Positions 16,689 to 26,801 of a stretch of 42,696 nt of DNA are shown here, piece after piece. The notes under the pieces are model-generated. The model was not told the origin of the DNA. It saw nothing but the letters and a program-made list of their open reading frames with translations, and did not search any database. Origin of the DNA: a virus (Duplodnaviria; Caudoviricetes); the IMG/VR virus record IMGVR_UViG_3300048564_000016, positions 1-42,696 of that record; one strand, 5' to 3'. Positions within the stretch are counted from its first letter, which is position 1. Each line of letters opens with the position of its first letter. The position numbers and the translations under genes were made by a program.

Positions 16689-17759
16689 TTAGACCTGACG
16701 GACTTGAAGGATGTTATCGAGCGCGCACGGCACCCACAGCCGGCCCCACTGGTCAGCGTCCATGAAGGCCGGATCGCGGTTGACATAGTAGGAACCGACC
16801 TCGGCGCCGGTCGTGGTGTCGTGGCCCTTCAGGTAATGCGTCGCGCTGCACGTCACCCAAAGCGTATTGCCGACGCGCCGGCCCTCGTGAAGCCCAGCAT
16901 TCGCCATGACCGGCCATACGGCGACAACCGTATCCGTGGCAGGGTCGATCACGGCGATCGTGTCGCCTGATCCGGCGGAATTGCCGTAGTTGTAGACGTA
17001 GACGCGGCCATTGACCGGATCGACCGACACGTTGCAGGGCTGGATGCCCTGCGACGGGATCGATGCGATCACCGTGTTGGTCGCTAAGTCGATCACTCGC
17101 ACGCAGTTTGCGGAGAAGCACGCGACGAACAGCTTATCCTGTGTCACGGCGCAGCCACGCGGGCTGCCAGCGCACGCGATCGGACTGCCGATCTTCGTCA
17201 TCGTCACGGGATCGACGATGACAACCGTCCCTGCGTCGCGGTCCGGGACATAGATTTTTCCGTTATACTCGGCGATGCCGCTGAGAACGTGTCCGGCGCC
17301 GATGACGAGGCGGGTCAGGATGGTGGGGCCGGCCGTGGCGACCTTGAGCAGTTCGCCGCGATGCTGATCGAGGGCGAACAAGTCGCCGCCCCATTTCACC
17401 ATCCGGCCACCGCCATAATTCGGGTACGAGCCGTATGGACCGATAACGGCTTCGCTGATCTTCGTCCCCGTTGTGAGCGAGAACTTTTCGATCTTTGCTG
17501 TCCCGCTCGGCTGCCCGTTCGAGGAAACCCAGACCACGTCGCCATCAACAAGCGCGGCGTATGGAAATAGGTTGGCCGCGCGCGTGATCGGCAGCGGCGG
17601 CGGCGGCTCCGGCGGCGGTGGAGGCGGTGAAGGCGGTGGAGGCGGTGGAGGCGGTGGAGGCGGTGGCGGCGGCGGGGGTGGCGCCCCGCCCTCGTCCTGC
17701 GCCTCGATCCACGCGCGGGCGAGGTCGATCGCTGCCAACGCTTCGGCTTTCGTGGTCAC
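16689..17759 (-). CDS. YVTN/YncE-like beta-propeller protein with polyproline linker
   Basis: Repeats VIDLATNTVIASIP, VSVDPVNGRVYV, VIDPATDTVVA; Pro tract near the N-terminus. Confidence 0.75.
   Translation of the reverse strand: MTTKAEALAAIDLARAWIEAQDEGGAPPPPPPPPPPPPPPPPPSPPPPPPEPPPPLPITRAANLFPYAALVDGDVVWVSSNGQPSGTAKIEKFSLTTGTKISEAVIGPYGSYPNYGGGRMVKWGGDLFALDQHRGELLKVATAGPTILTRLVIGAGHVLSGIAEYNGKIYVPDRDAGTVVIVDPVTMTKIGSPIACAGSPRGCAVTQDKLFVACFSANCVRVIDLATNTVIASIPSQGIQPCNVSVDPVNGRVYVYNYGNSAGSGDTIAVIDPATDTVVAVWPVMANAGLHEGRRVGNTLWVTCSATHYLKGHDTTTGAEVGSYYVNRDPAFMDADQWGRLWVPCALDNILQVRQV
17589..17681 (-). repeat. Polyproline-coding microsatellite
   Basis: GGC/GGT/GGA triplet run with a GGAGGCGGT unit. 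Confidence 0.9.
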
Positions 17760-18919
17760 GCCTTGATCTCCGTGATGGTGATCGACGACGCCATAACGCC
17801 GCCGAAGAGTCGACCGCTCGACCGGCCGTTGAACGTCGTGGTACCGGCGCCGTTGCCGCCCGCCCGCACCTTGAACGTTGTGGCGCTCGTCGTGCCCGCC
17901 GTCATCTTGTGGGTAAGACGCACGCTCATCATCTGGCCCGAGTCAATCGCGCCCTGCGCCACCGCAGCCAAGGCCCCGGCCGTCGAGTCCTGAAAGAGCG
18001 CGACCGAGAACTGCGATGCAGCGCCAACAGTCGTTGCCGCGTTCAACAGCACGTCAATATAAAGGATGTTGCTTGCGTTCGTCGGCGTGATCGCCAACGT
18101 CATGTACTCGTCGCCCTCGGTGTTTTGCGGGATCGTGTCGTCAAGCGGCATCTGCGTTGTGCCCGTGGAGACCGAGCCCGTCTGCGTGTTCACGCGCTGG
18201 ATTACGGACCCGGCCGGCTTCTGACTGGCAGCCAGCGCATAGTTGACGAATGCCACCTTCTTGACCGCAGACGCCGAATTGTCCCACGACAACAGGAAGT
18301 CCGCAGACTCGTCCGGGTTGGTATCCTCGGTCAGCGCGTTGACGACCTTGAGGAAGTTCGCCACCGTCATCTTGTTCGCCGCGTCGCTTTCCGACGTGTC
18401 GGTGATGACGATCAGGTCATCCGTGGCGATGGTCGTTTCTGCAGTCAGCGCGCCGATGGTAGTCGTCAGCGACTGGACATAGCCCTGATTGAGCCACACG
18501 AACCCGCCCGACCCGCCGTCCAAGGCGGTGTCATACGAAACAATGACGCGGGCATTCGCCGGCCACGCCGCGGAGCCGAGCTGTGCGCTGCCGTAGAAGT
18601 CATAGACCTTCTTCGCCCCCAGCGTATTGACGTTGAGTGTCACGCTTCCGCTCGGCGTCGCGTGCGCCTTGAAGGCGAACATGTGGCCCTGGACGTAGGC
18701 GCCGGGCGAGGTCGTGTAGGTCAGCGTGAACGCCGGCTCTGTGCCCGCGCTGGTGACCGTTGGCGTGATGCGGTTGCGGAACCGCTTAACCCCGCCCCAA
18801 ATCTCGCGAAGGATATTCTTCGTCGCCGTGCGCGCGAAATTGTTGGGGGCGCCATCTGGCGCCGCCGCCGTGTTGCTGGCGGCAGTTTCGCTTACGGTAC
18901 TATTTTCGATATCGGCCAC
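17756..18919 (-). CDS. Tail fibre / tailspike-like protein
   Basis: N-terminal head-binding-like region, FAFKAHATPSGSVTLNVNTLGAK, C-terminal GSVIQRV...SSITITEIKA; follows the ejection genes. Confidence 0.7.
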   Translation of the reverse strand: MADIENSTVSETAASNTAAAPDGAPNNFARTATKNILREIWGGVKRFRNRITPTVTSAGTEPAFTLTYTTSPGAYVQGHMFAFKAHATPSGSVTLNVNTLGAKKVYDFYGSAQLGSAAWPANARVIVSYDTALDGGSGGFVWLNQGYVQSLTTTIGALTAETTIATDDLIVITDTSESDAANKMTVANFLKVVNALTEDTNPDESADFLLSWDNSASAVKKVAFVNYALAASQKPAGSVIQRVNTQTGSVSTGTTQMPLDDTIPQNTEGDEYMTLAITPTNASNILYIDVLLNAATTVGAASQFSVALFQDSTAGALAAVAQGAIDSGQMMSVRLTHKMTAGTTSATTFKVRAGGNGAGTTTFNGRSSGRLFGGVMASSITITEIKA

Positions 18920-18926
18920 GGTCGTA

Positions 18927-18960
18927 TCCTTCTACGGGACGCCCGCGCCATCACGGCGGG
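18927..18960 (-). promoter_or_regulatory. Late-gene leader RNA motif (fibre gene)
   Basis: CGCCGTGATGGCGCGGGCGTCCCGTAGAAGGA; matches the capsid and scaffold leaders. Confidence 0.55.
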
Positions 18961-19063
18961 GGTGGATTGTCTCGGCGGAGCTATCCTGATAGGGTTGCTG
19001 GCATGACGTTTACCCCGGTCTGGCGCTCGCGCATCAAAAGAGCGGCCCTCAATGTCGGGCTGT

Positions 19064-21160
19064 TCATTGGGTTCTTTCTCGTCTCATATCTTGTCGTCGT
19101 GGTGCGCCAGCAATGGCCGGGATAGCAGGCTCCGCAAGACGGCCTGCCATCGCCGTCCGCCGGATGATATCGACGGCGGCGCTCACGTTCTCGGGCGTCG
19201 CGTTGTTCACGAGGCGGGCGGCGAGGTCGGGATTCAGCATCGCCTCCGCAAGCAATTCCTGAATACGCTGGTCGCCGCCGCGATAGAGCCACCGGAGCGG
19301 CTTTAGGAGTGGGTTCGTCTCGAACCGTGCGGGATCGATCATGCCGCCCGTGACGGCGCGGATCACCGCCGCCGTCGAGAAGTTCTGCACCGTGTTCGAG
19401 CCGATCGCCCGGCCGACGTTGTCGACCATCTGCCGCGACGTGAAGTCGCGCGCGATGCTTTCCAGATGCTGCACACCTTCCGCGCCAAACAGGATGCGGG
19501 CCTGTTCGCGGTTGTCCCGCAAGAGATTGTGAAAGCGCGCCGGGCTGAGGACGGGATTGCCCTGTGCATCCGGTGTCGTCGTCTCGATCGCGCGGCGAAG
19601 GCGATCCACGAAGGCGCCTTGCATCGCCTGCCGCGCCACCGGATCGGCCCCGGCCGCCGCTTCATACTGGCGGATCGCAGTCGGGCCGGCCATCAAGGTG
19701 CGCGGCACGTTCTCCGTGGGCATGATTGGGCGGCCGAACTGGTTGGTGTCGAGAACGCGGCCCGTCGCCCCTTCATCGAACACGGCCCCTTGGTTGCGAC
19801 GGAGCGCGGAGCCGACGCGAAGCGCCGCCGTATCGACTGGAGACAGCCCTTGGGCACCGCTGGCCGCAGCGTCGTCAAGCGCCCCCTGGAGGGCCTGCCG
19901 AACGGCGCCAGCGGTCCGGGCAAGCATCCCGTCGTTTCTGACCTGCGCCTGACCGGCGATGTTGCCAGTCTCCCGGATCATCGCCTGAAGATCGCCGACC
20001 GAGAACGTCTCGGCGCGAAGGCGGTTGATGATGTCGACCAGTTCCTGCGGCGCGCCATGCGTGGCGCGGCCGTACATGTCATTGACCGCGCGCGCGGCGG
20101 TTTCCCAGATCGGGCGGCCGGGAATGGCTCCGGCGTTCGGATCGACCGCACGATAGGCCCGGCTCACGTCTTCGGCGCTGTTGCGAAGGGAGCGGGTCAG
20201 CCGCTCCCGCACGATGTCGCCGGCCGCCGACTGGTCAAGGCGCGGCGCCATGCTTTCGATGGCAGCGCCACGGGCGGCGTTGCGCGATGCGTCGCGAAGG
20301 GCGAACTCCGCCCCCTCACGGGGTCCGATGCTGCGGACGCCGCGTTCGAGCTGCATCAAGCCGGGGTCGTTGGCGACCTCCGCCGTCGAGCGGAGCGAAC
20401 CGGGGACGATCTCCCGCTGTCCGGTCGCCAACCTGTCCTGTAGCGCGCCAGGGTTCTGCGCCGTCTCGCGGATCGCGGTGCCGACGATCCGCTCCTGTCC
20501 TGGCCGGGTGACGGGGCTTGCCGCCGCGCGGGCGACGTTGATCCCGTAGCGGGCCAATTCGTGCGCCGCCAGCCCGCCGACGCCGCCCGCCGCCGAGCCG
20601 ACAAGATCGGCGACCGGGCTGTCCGGGTACATCTCGGTTGCCATTCCGCCGCCGGCATCCATGCCGAGCACCGCCGAAACCTGGGAGCCGGGATTGGACG
20701 TGATGGCGCTTGAAAGCGTCGCCGCAGCGGGTCCAAGCCCCGCCGCCGACTGTGCGGCCCCCATGCCTGTCGCGAGCGAAGTCAGGCCCCGGCCCATGCG
20801 GTTCACGACGCGCTCCGTCGCGTTCTCCGGGCGTGGGGTGTAGCGGTCGATCAGGTCGCGTATCGCGTCGGACGGGCGGCCCATCTGAGGGATATCCGTT
20901 CCCGTGGCCGCGTTGACGCCCCGGACCCCGAGATTGACCGCTCCTGCCGTGGCATCGGCGAGCATGTTGGGCAGGTGGACGACGCCCTCGGTGATTGCGC
21001 GGCCAGTCAGCCCGAGTTGGCGCAACAGGCTTTGCAGCGCGGTGCGCTCCGAAGGCTGCGCCGCCTCGACCAACGCGCGCACGTCGTCGGGCATGTCGGC
21101 GGAGCCGCCTACCTGCGACAACATCCCCCGGATGTCTTCGGGCAACTGCTCCGTAGGCAT
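19064..21160 (-). CDS. DNA ejection (internal virion) protein, P22 gp16-like by position
   Basis: 698 aa, Ala/Gly/Arg-rich helical, GSNT motif near the C-terminus; last of three large genes. Confidence 0.65.
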   Translation of the reverse strand: MPTEQLPEDIRGMLSQVGGSADMPDDVRALVEAAQPSERTALQSLLRQLGLTGRAITEGVVHLPNMLADATAGAVNLGVRGVNAATGTDIPQMGRPSDAIRDLIDRYTPRPENATERVVNRMGRGLTSLATGMGAAQSAAGLGPAAATLSSAITSNPGSQVSAVLGMDAGGGMATEMYPDSPVADLVGSAAGGVGGLAAHELARYGINVARAAASPVTRPGQERIVGTAIRETAQNPGALQDRLATGQREIVPGSLRSTAEVANDPGLMQLERGVRSIGPREGAEFALRDASRNAARGAAIESMAPRLDQSAAGDIVRERLTRSLRNSAEDVSRAYRAVDPNAGAIPGRPIWETAARAVNDMYGRATHGAPQELVDIINRLRAETFSVGDLQAMIRETGNIAGQAQVRNDGMLARTAGAVRQALQGALDDAAASGAQGLSPVDTAALRVGSALRRNQGAVFDEGATGRVLDTNQFGRPIMPTENVPRTLMAGPTAIRQYEAAAGADPVARQAMQGAFVDRLRRAIETTTPDAQGNPVLSPARFHNLLRDNREQARILFGAEGVQHLESIARDFTSRQMVDNVGRAIGSNTVQNFSTAAVIRAVTGGMIDPARFETNPLLKPLRWLYRGGDQRIQELLAEAMLNPDLAARLVNNATPENVSAAVDIIRRTAMAGRLAEPAIPAIAGAPRRQDMRRERTQ

Positions 21161-22863
21161 CAGCGCTGCCCTCGCAACTCTTGCGTGATGGCCTGAAGCC
21201 GCGCGCGGACCGCCGCCTGCTGTTCGGCGTTGAGTTCCGACCAGCGGTTTGCGAGCGCAACGATGTCGTCGCGCTGGTTGACGCCCATCATGCTGATATC
21301 CCGCGCGGGCGGAATAGTGCCGGTGCGGTAGCGGCTCGGGCCTGGCTGCCGGTTTTCCGGCGCGGTGGTGTCGCGACGCGGTACGGCCGGGGCCGATCCG
21401 CGCGGAGGAACCGCGCCCGGCGCCGCCTGCGGCTGGTCGATGACCGGCTGCAACGGCTGGCCGGGCTGCGTCTGTTGTTGGAGCGACCCTCTCTGGCGAG
21501 CCAGAAGCGTTTCAATAAACCCCTTGATCTGATTTAGCTGCGCCGTGCGGGCTTCCGCCGTCGTCAACGCCCCTCGCAAGCTCGACGGATCGCGTAGCAT
21601 CCTTTCAAGCATCACCATCTCGCCCGGCTGCAAGACGCCCGTATTGAGGAATGCCGGCGATCGTAGTGACGTCACCATATTGTCATAGGCTTGCTGAATC
21701 TCGGCAGCTTCCGGGCTGGTCGGATCACGCAGCCAAGCGCGGAATCTCGTCAATCCACTAGCTGAGTTTGCTAGACGCTCGAAATTGTTGACAGCATCAA
21801 GAACTTTGCCGGCTTCCATTTCGATTGTGCGGACTTCCCGAGCCGCCTGTGCATCAACTCGCGTCGGGCCGACAGGCACGATGCGCGGCGTTCCCGGCGA
21901 CGGCGGGGCAGCTGGTTGCGGCGTCGCTTGTGCCATCTGCGGCGGCTGAACTGGCGCCGGGGCAGCCAGCGGCGCGGCCAGTGGCGCGGCCGGCGCCGCC
22001 ACCTGCGGAGCGTCGGCCGGCTGTAGCGTCGCCTGCGCCCCACCGGCCACGTAGCCAGTCGGATCGGCCGCCACGGGCGCCTCGGGCTGCCCCGGCGTCG
22101 GATGTCGGAACGTCGGCGGCCGGAACGGCGACATATCGGGATAGACCAGCGACGGGACGAGATTCCCGCTGGCGTCCGGCGCCACCGCAACACGCGGCGC
22201 CGCCTCTCGCGCATACACCGCCGCGTATTCCGGCGATGCCGGGTCGCCACGGGTCAGGATATTGAGGCTCTGGGCTTCCATCGAAGTGCCGCGGAACATC
22301 CCGCCGGGGGCGCCCGCCCCGCCACCGGAACCGCCCGCTCCGCCGCCGCCCATGCCCGGACCCTGCACAAGCTGCGGATTGCCGTCTGGCCCGATCCGGT
22401 AGATGCCAGTCCGTGTGGTGATGAAGTTCCGGCGCGGGTCCGGCGGCTCGCGGGTCAGCGTCCGGGCAAGCACCTGCTGTCCGACCTCGCGCGGCAGTCC
22501 GGCCAAGGCGGGGTTGCTGGCCTGCAACTCGGACCAACGCCGCTCGGATTCCTCTTCCCGCTCTTGCTGGCGCCGCTGGTAGGCCGTGAGCATCGAACGC
22601 GACACGGCACCGGAAACGTCGCCCATCTGCCCTGTAGGGGCTCCTACGGGCCTGCGGCGGTACTGTTCGGCGAGGTTCTGCCCGAACTGCCCGAGACCGG
22701 CCAACGCGGCCTGAATCTGGATATTCCGGTCGCCGCCGAGCAACGGGTTCCCGGTGCGCGGCACCGTCGCCGGGATCGGCTGCGGAACCGCGCCCTGGGG
22801 AACCGGCGGGATCGTCTGCGCCTGAGCGCCGCCGCCGAACAGCCAATCGAGAAAGCCGGCCAT
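21160..22863 (-). CDS. DNA ejection protein, P22 gp20-like by position
   Basis: 567 aa, Pro/Ala/Gln-rich; starts MAGFLDWLFGG. Confidence 0.6.
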   Translation of the reverse strand: MAGFLDWLFGGGAQAQTIPPVPQGAVPQPIPATVPRTGNPLLGGDRNIQIQAALAGLGQFGQNLAEQYRRRPVGAPTGQMGDVSGAVSRSMLTAYQRRQQEREEESERRWSELQASNPALAGLPREVGQQVLARTLTREPPDPRRNFITTRTGIYRIGPDGNPQLVQGPGMGGGGAGGSGGGAGAPGGMFRGTSMEAQSLNILTRGDPASPEYAAVYAREAAPRVAVAPDASGNLVPSLVYPDMSPFRPPTFRHPTPGQPEAPVAADPTGYVAGGAQATLQPADAPQVAAPAAPLAAPLAAPAPVQPPQMAQATPQPAAPPSPGTPRIVPVGPTRVDAQAAREVRTIEMEAGKVLDAVNNFERLANSASGLTRFRAWLRDPTSPEAAEIQQAYDNMVTSLRSPAFLNTGVLQPGEMVMLERMLRDPSSLRGALTTAEARTAQLNQIKGFIETLLARQRGSLQQQTQPGQPLQPVIDQPQAAPGAVPPRGSAPAVPRRDTTAPENRQPGPSRYRTGTIPPARDISMMGVNQRDDIVALANRWSELNAEQQAAVRARLQAITQELRGQR

Positions 22864-22865
22864 AG

Positions 22866-23894
22866 CTACGCGACCTTGCTGTAATCGACCATCTTGATCC
22901 CGAACGGGTGACGCTTCACCGCCGCCGGGTTGGTCTTTTCAACGTCCTGAGCCATCACGCCCATCTGACGCGGACCACCCCACTTGTAGCGGTAGGTGTA
23001 GATCGGCGTGCCTTCGTCAGTCTTGCCGACGCGCTTGATGTCCTCTTTCACCCGGCGGTCGGAAAACAGCATCATGCCGAGCGACGCAAGCTGGCTCGCC
23101 GTCCCGATCCCCTGCCCGAGCGTCGAGAGGAAGTTGTTGCCCTGCATCGGGACGGTCTGCGTCGATGTGGACGTGCCGCCGCCGTTCTGGCCCCGGATGA
23201 TGTCCGAATACTGCTGAAGCTTCGCCGCTTGGAGGTTCTGTTCGAAGTTGTGCCGGGCAATCGCAGCGTCGATCGCCTGCTGGCTGTAGCCTTCCTGCGT
23301 CTGGCCGGCTGCGGCCAGTTTGGCGAGGTCGCTGTAGTCCGCCTCCGCCAGTGCGGGGGCCTGACCAATGGCCGCGTTCTGATAGCCGCGCTCGGTGTTG
23401 TAGGCGTTGCCGTACATCGTCGCGGCGTTGCCGGCCAGGGTCCGATTGAGCGAGTCCTGAGACTGCGTCTGGGCATCCACATGCGCCCCGGAGCCGTACC
23501 GGCCGGCGAGCGAGAACCGCGCGTCGTTGCTCGGCGCGATGTTCTTCATGTAGTTGTCGATGACCGGCTGATTGGCGTAATCGACCGAAGCCCGCAGGTT
23601 CGGATTGCTCGCCGGGTCCAGATACTTGCCCTGGAGCGTGTTGAGGTTGACGTTCTGCGCCGCCGGCAACAGCGGGTTGCCGTTCGAGGCGCGGTTGATC
23701 GTCCCCGTAAGAGCCGTCGAGGTCGGCGTGCTCATTCCGGCGTAGGTCTGGCCGGGGAAATACGTCGGCGACGCGGACTTGTAGTTCGCCTGCGCGCCCT
23801 GCGCGACCTCGGTGAGATACGGTTGCAGATAAGCCGGCGGCTCGTTCGTCGTCTTCTGCGTGACCGTGCTTGGCGCAGATGGTCCGCTACTCAT
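22866..23894 (-). CDS. Ejection/pilot-like protein with C-terminal Peptidase_S74 (intramolecular chaperone) domain
   Basis: Q/N/A-rich body; FSDRRVKEDIKRVG...IYTYRYK...GVMAQDVEK...VDY. Confidence 0.75.
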   Translation of the reverse strand: MSSGPSAPSTVTQKTTNEPPAYLQPYLTEVAQGAQANYKSASPTYFPGQTYAGMSTPTSTALTGTINRASNGNPLLPAAQNVNLNTLQGKYLDPASNPNLRASVDYANQPVIDNYMKNIAPSNDARFSLAGRYGSGAHVDAQTQSQDSLNRTLAGNAATMYGNAYNTERGYQNAAIGQAPALAEADYSDLAKLAAAGQTQEGYSQQAIDAAIARHNFEQNLQAAKLQQYSDIIRGQNGGGTSTSTQTVPMQGNNFLSTLGQGIGTASQLASLGMMLFSDRRVKEDIKRVGKTDEGTPIYTYRYKWGGPRQMGVMAQDVEKTNPAAVKRHPFGIKMVDYSKVA

Positions 23895-24310
23895 AGCCGC
23901 ACTCTCCATTTCACGCCGACTTTCTCGGCGCCGGGAATGATCTTCCAGCCTTCGCGACCCTCGAACCGGACCTCTACGCAGTTCTGCTGCTTTGCGTAAT
24001 CAGTGAGGCGCCAGCATTCGTCAATCCAAGAGTTCATGTTCGAGCCGCCGCAGAAAAGCACCGTCAGGACGTTGCCGATCTTCTTGCGGGCGATCTCGGT
24101 CAAAAGCACCGCCTCGATCGGCCCGCTCGGCGCCGCTACCCAAAGCTCCATCTCGCCAATCGCCACCGCGTGGCGGACATCGTTCGTTCGGTACTCTTCG
24201 CAGGTGCGGTCAAGGATGGCCTCGATCGGCTTCCACACGGCCGGGTTCTCGACCTGATAGGCCGGGACCGAGTACCAGTTGGATGTGGGTTTGAGGTTCG
24301 TCGCCATCAT
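23891..24310 (-). CDS. GNAT-fold virion assembly protein (P22 gp14-like position)
   Basis: VLFCGGSNMNSW...YAKQQNCVEVRFEGREGW. Confidence 0.6.
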   Translation of the reverse strand: MMATNLKPTSNWYSVPAYQVENPAVWKPIEAILDRTCEEYRTNDVRHAVAIGEMELWVAAPSGPIEAVLLTEIARKKIGNVLTVLFCGGSNMNSWIDECWRLTDYAKQQNCVEVRFEGREGWKIIPGAEKVGVKWRVRL

Positions 24311-24627
24311 CCGACAATCACCACTTTGAACGTCTTGTCCGCGTTCGCATCGTTGGCGTGGTTCAGCGTTGCGCTTTCGTCCGTCTGATTGGACGGGTAC
24401 GGCAGCGCAATCGCCTGCGCGTTCGCGGTCAGGGGCGTCAGAATCAGCGCCGAAAAAGGGTTGATCAGCGGATGGGTGAGCGTCGTCGTCGCGGAATTAG
24501 CCGTCAGCGTGATCTCGGTCACGTTGTTGGTCTTGCCATCCCGAACCTCATTGACCACGCGCGAGACGTTTGGTGGCGTGTCTCCCCGCGGGGCCAAGCG
24601 AGGAAAACTCTCGACGTGTAGAGTCAT
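24307..24627 (-). CDS. Small tail protein (needle/plug position)
   Basis: ATGA coupling to the tail hub; GKTNNVTEITLTANSATTTL. Confidence 0.6.
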   Translation of the reverse strand: MTLHVESFPRLAPRGDTPPNVSRVVNEVRDGKTNNVTEITLTANSATTTLTHPLINPFSALILTPLTANAQAIALPYPSNQTDESATLNHANDANADKTFKVVIVG

Positions 24628-26132
24628 CGGTTCCCCGCCGCGCTGTACACGATCTCGTCCACGCCCTGGATGTGGTCCCAATCCTCGCCGGCCGGGATCG
24701 AAATCCGGCCCCGGACGTAGCGGGCCTTCGTGCGAAACTTGCACAGCTTGTCGCCGCTCGACGGGGTGGACTCGGACGTGAAGGTGACCGCGTCGCCGAG
24801 CGTCTGGCGATAGCCGAGCGACAGGCGGACATCCGTGTCGTTGCCCTCGACCACCGGCCGCGCCGCACGGATGAATGACTTCTGACCAATGGTCGGCTGT
24901 TGTTCGTTCGTATCGACCGTCGCCGCCAGGGCCGCGCCGTCCGAGAACATCAACTCGTGCGACGTGTTGAACGCCGCCAGTTTCGGCACCACGGTCCCGG
25001 CGTAAATCTCGCTGTCCAGGGACGGAGCGCCAGCCGCGTCGATATCATCCGCATACCCGTCGTCGTCATCGATGCCGAGCGAGTTCTGTGCACTGCCGGT
25101 CGCGATCATTTCGTGGTCGCCGATGCCGGTCACCGGAGCCCACCGGCCGACCTCCCACTCATAGGCCCAGACCGTGTTGGGCGTCCCGCTCGAAGCCCCG
25201 CCATCGGGGAATGAGATCAGGTACAGCTTGTTGAGCGGATCGATTGCCGACGTGACACGGGAGAGGTAGTTCTGATCGACCGTCTCCCAGAACGTCCGGT
25301 CCACCTTCCCCGCCCCGATGGCTTTCAACCCGGCGGTGTCGCCGTTGGCGAGTTCGTAGAACCCGGTCTTGTGGACGAAGAACACGCGGTTGCCGTGCGA
25401 GGCTACGGAACCCTGGATCGAGCAACCGATGCCCGTGGCGATCTCGTCGCGCTGGAACTTCGTTGGCGGTCCGACGAACGAATAGCGCTGGATCGCGTCG
25501 TCCTGGAGAACGATTCCGAACTCTCCGCCGGCCTGGCCCCGGATGTTGCCCCCGGCCGGGATGACCTGGGAATCCGCCATCGTGGTTGCGGAGGTCGCCC
25601 AAGACTCGGCGTTGTTGATTGCGGACCACTGGTTGGTACTCTTGGCGCTGTCCAGTTTGCCGGCAAAGGCGAAGTCGCGGACCACAGTGATAAATTCCGC
25701 AGTCGGCGGAGTACCACCAAGGGCCACGAACTTGACCGACCCGTCCACGACATCCGACAGGGTGAAGACCTGCGGCGCGTCCGTTCCATTGAACGCAAGC
25801 AACAGGTCACCGAACTGGACGAACGACCATTGCGCCTCATCGCCGACCGCGTAGTCGCCGCCGGATGCCCTGGTAACATCGTTCCACGCCGTCCCGGACA
25901 GCGCGTACAGCTTCGTGGCGGTTCCGGCGAACACCCGCGCCGACCCGTCGATCGCGCGGCCGTACCAAAGCCCGCGAGCGCGGGCGCCGAGCGCATTCGT
26001 GGAATGCACCGTCATCGCCTTGAACGGGCGATAGCTCAACGCGCTCGGCAGGACGTTCGCCACGGACGGCGTTCCCGGCGACTGATAGGGCGCCTGATCG
26101 GGCATCCATTCGGCGACGGGAATGAGCGGCAT
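24624..26132 (-). CDS. Tail hub / nozzle protein (P22 gp10-like)
   Basis: 502 aa, beta-rich; WMPDQ...NVLP, WSFVQFGD, QWSAINNAESW; synteny. Confidence 0.75.
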   Translation of the reverse strand: MPLIPVAEWMPDQAPYQSPGTPSVANVLPSALSYRPFKAMTVHSTNALGARARGLWYGRAIDGSARVFAGTATKLYALSGTAWNDVTRASGGDYAVGDEAQWSFVQFGDLLLAFNGTDAPQVFTLSDVVDGSVKFVALGGTPPTAEFITVVRDFAFAGKLDSAKSTNQWSAINNAESWATSATTMADSQVIPAGGNIRGQAGGEFGIVLQDDAIQRYSFVGPPTKFQRDEIATGIGCSIQGSVASHGNRVFFVHKTGFYELANGDTAGLKAIGAGKVDRTFWETVDQNYLSRVTSAIDPLNKLYLISFPDGGASSGTPNTVWAYEWEVGRWAPVTGIGDHEMIATGSAQNSLGIDDDDGYADDIDAAGAPSLDSEIYAGTVVPKLAAFNTSHELMFSDGAALAATVDTNEQQPTIGQKSFIRAARPVVEGNDTDVRLSLGYRQTLGDAVTFTSESTPSSGDKLCKFRTKARYVRGRISIPAGEDWDHIQGVDEIVYSAAGNR

Positions 26133-26135
26133 CGC

Positions 26136-26801
26136 CTACCCCGTGCGAATATCGTAGGCGTCGCCGGCCACGAACGGCGCATCGACGCGGAGAACCTTGA
26201 GGCTGCGGCGGCGGCGCGTCTCGCTCTTGAGCGCCTGGAGCAGCATCGGAATCCGGCGCTCCATGCGTGCGGCCATTCCATCATCATTGATGACGTTCGT
26301 CGCCAGATCGTGCTTGGCGTGGCAGCGGATCAATTCTTCCGCGTCCGTTGTCCAAGCGTTCGAGTCGCCATCGGCGGACAGCGCAGTCAGGCGGTAATGA
26401 TCCGACATCGTCACCGTGCGGACGGCCGAAGGGATCGGATACATCCTGAGTTGCTGGGCGTGATAGGCGTAGCGGTACGGCGGATCGCCCGTCATCCCGC
26501 CGTCCTGCATTGCCGCGATCTCGTCGAACGTCGCCGGCAGAATCTGGTACCGAGTCGTGCCGATGGTCGCGTACATATCGTCGATCTCGATCAGGTTCGG
26601 GATCGCGGCCAGGGCTGCCGATCCGTAATATTCCTGATTGGCAACCAGCGAAAACGTGTCGGTCACGCGGCTGTTGAAATAGAACCGCTGGCGCTCATAG
26701 AACGCGATGGCGCTCTGAATGGCAGCATTGATCTGCGACGTGAGATTGCTATCCGAAATCTCATCGGCGATCCGCGAGCGCATTGTCGCGTACGTGGTCA
26801 T
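26136..26801 (-). CDS. Head-tail adaptor protein
   Basis: MTTYATMRSRIADEI...LRMYPIPS...DSNAWTTDAEELIR; synteny. Confidence 0.75.
   Translation of the reverse strand: MTTYATMRSRIADEISDSNLTSQINAAIQSAIAFYERQRFYFNSRVTDTFSLVANQEYYGSAALAAIPNLIEIDDMYATIGTTRYQILPATFDEIAAMQDGGMTGDPPYRYAYHAQQLRMYPIPSAVRTVTMSDHYRLTALSADGDSNAWTTDAEELIRCHAKHDLATNVINDDGMAARMERRIPMLLQALKSETRRRRSLKVLRVDAPFVAGDAYDIRTG

Noticed and set aside
24290-24310. Identical N-terminus MATNL in the gp14-like gene and the portal C-part
   Set aside because: The codons differ and the match is only five residues, so it is probably coincidence.
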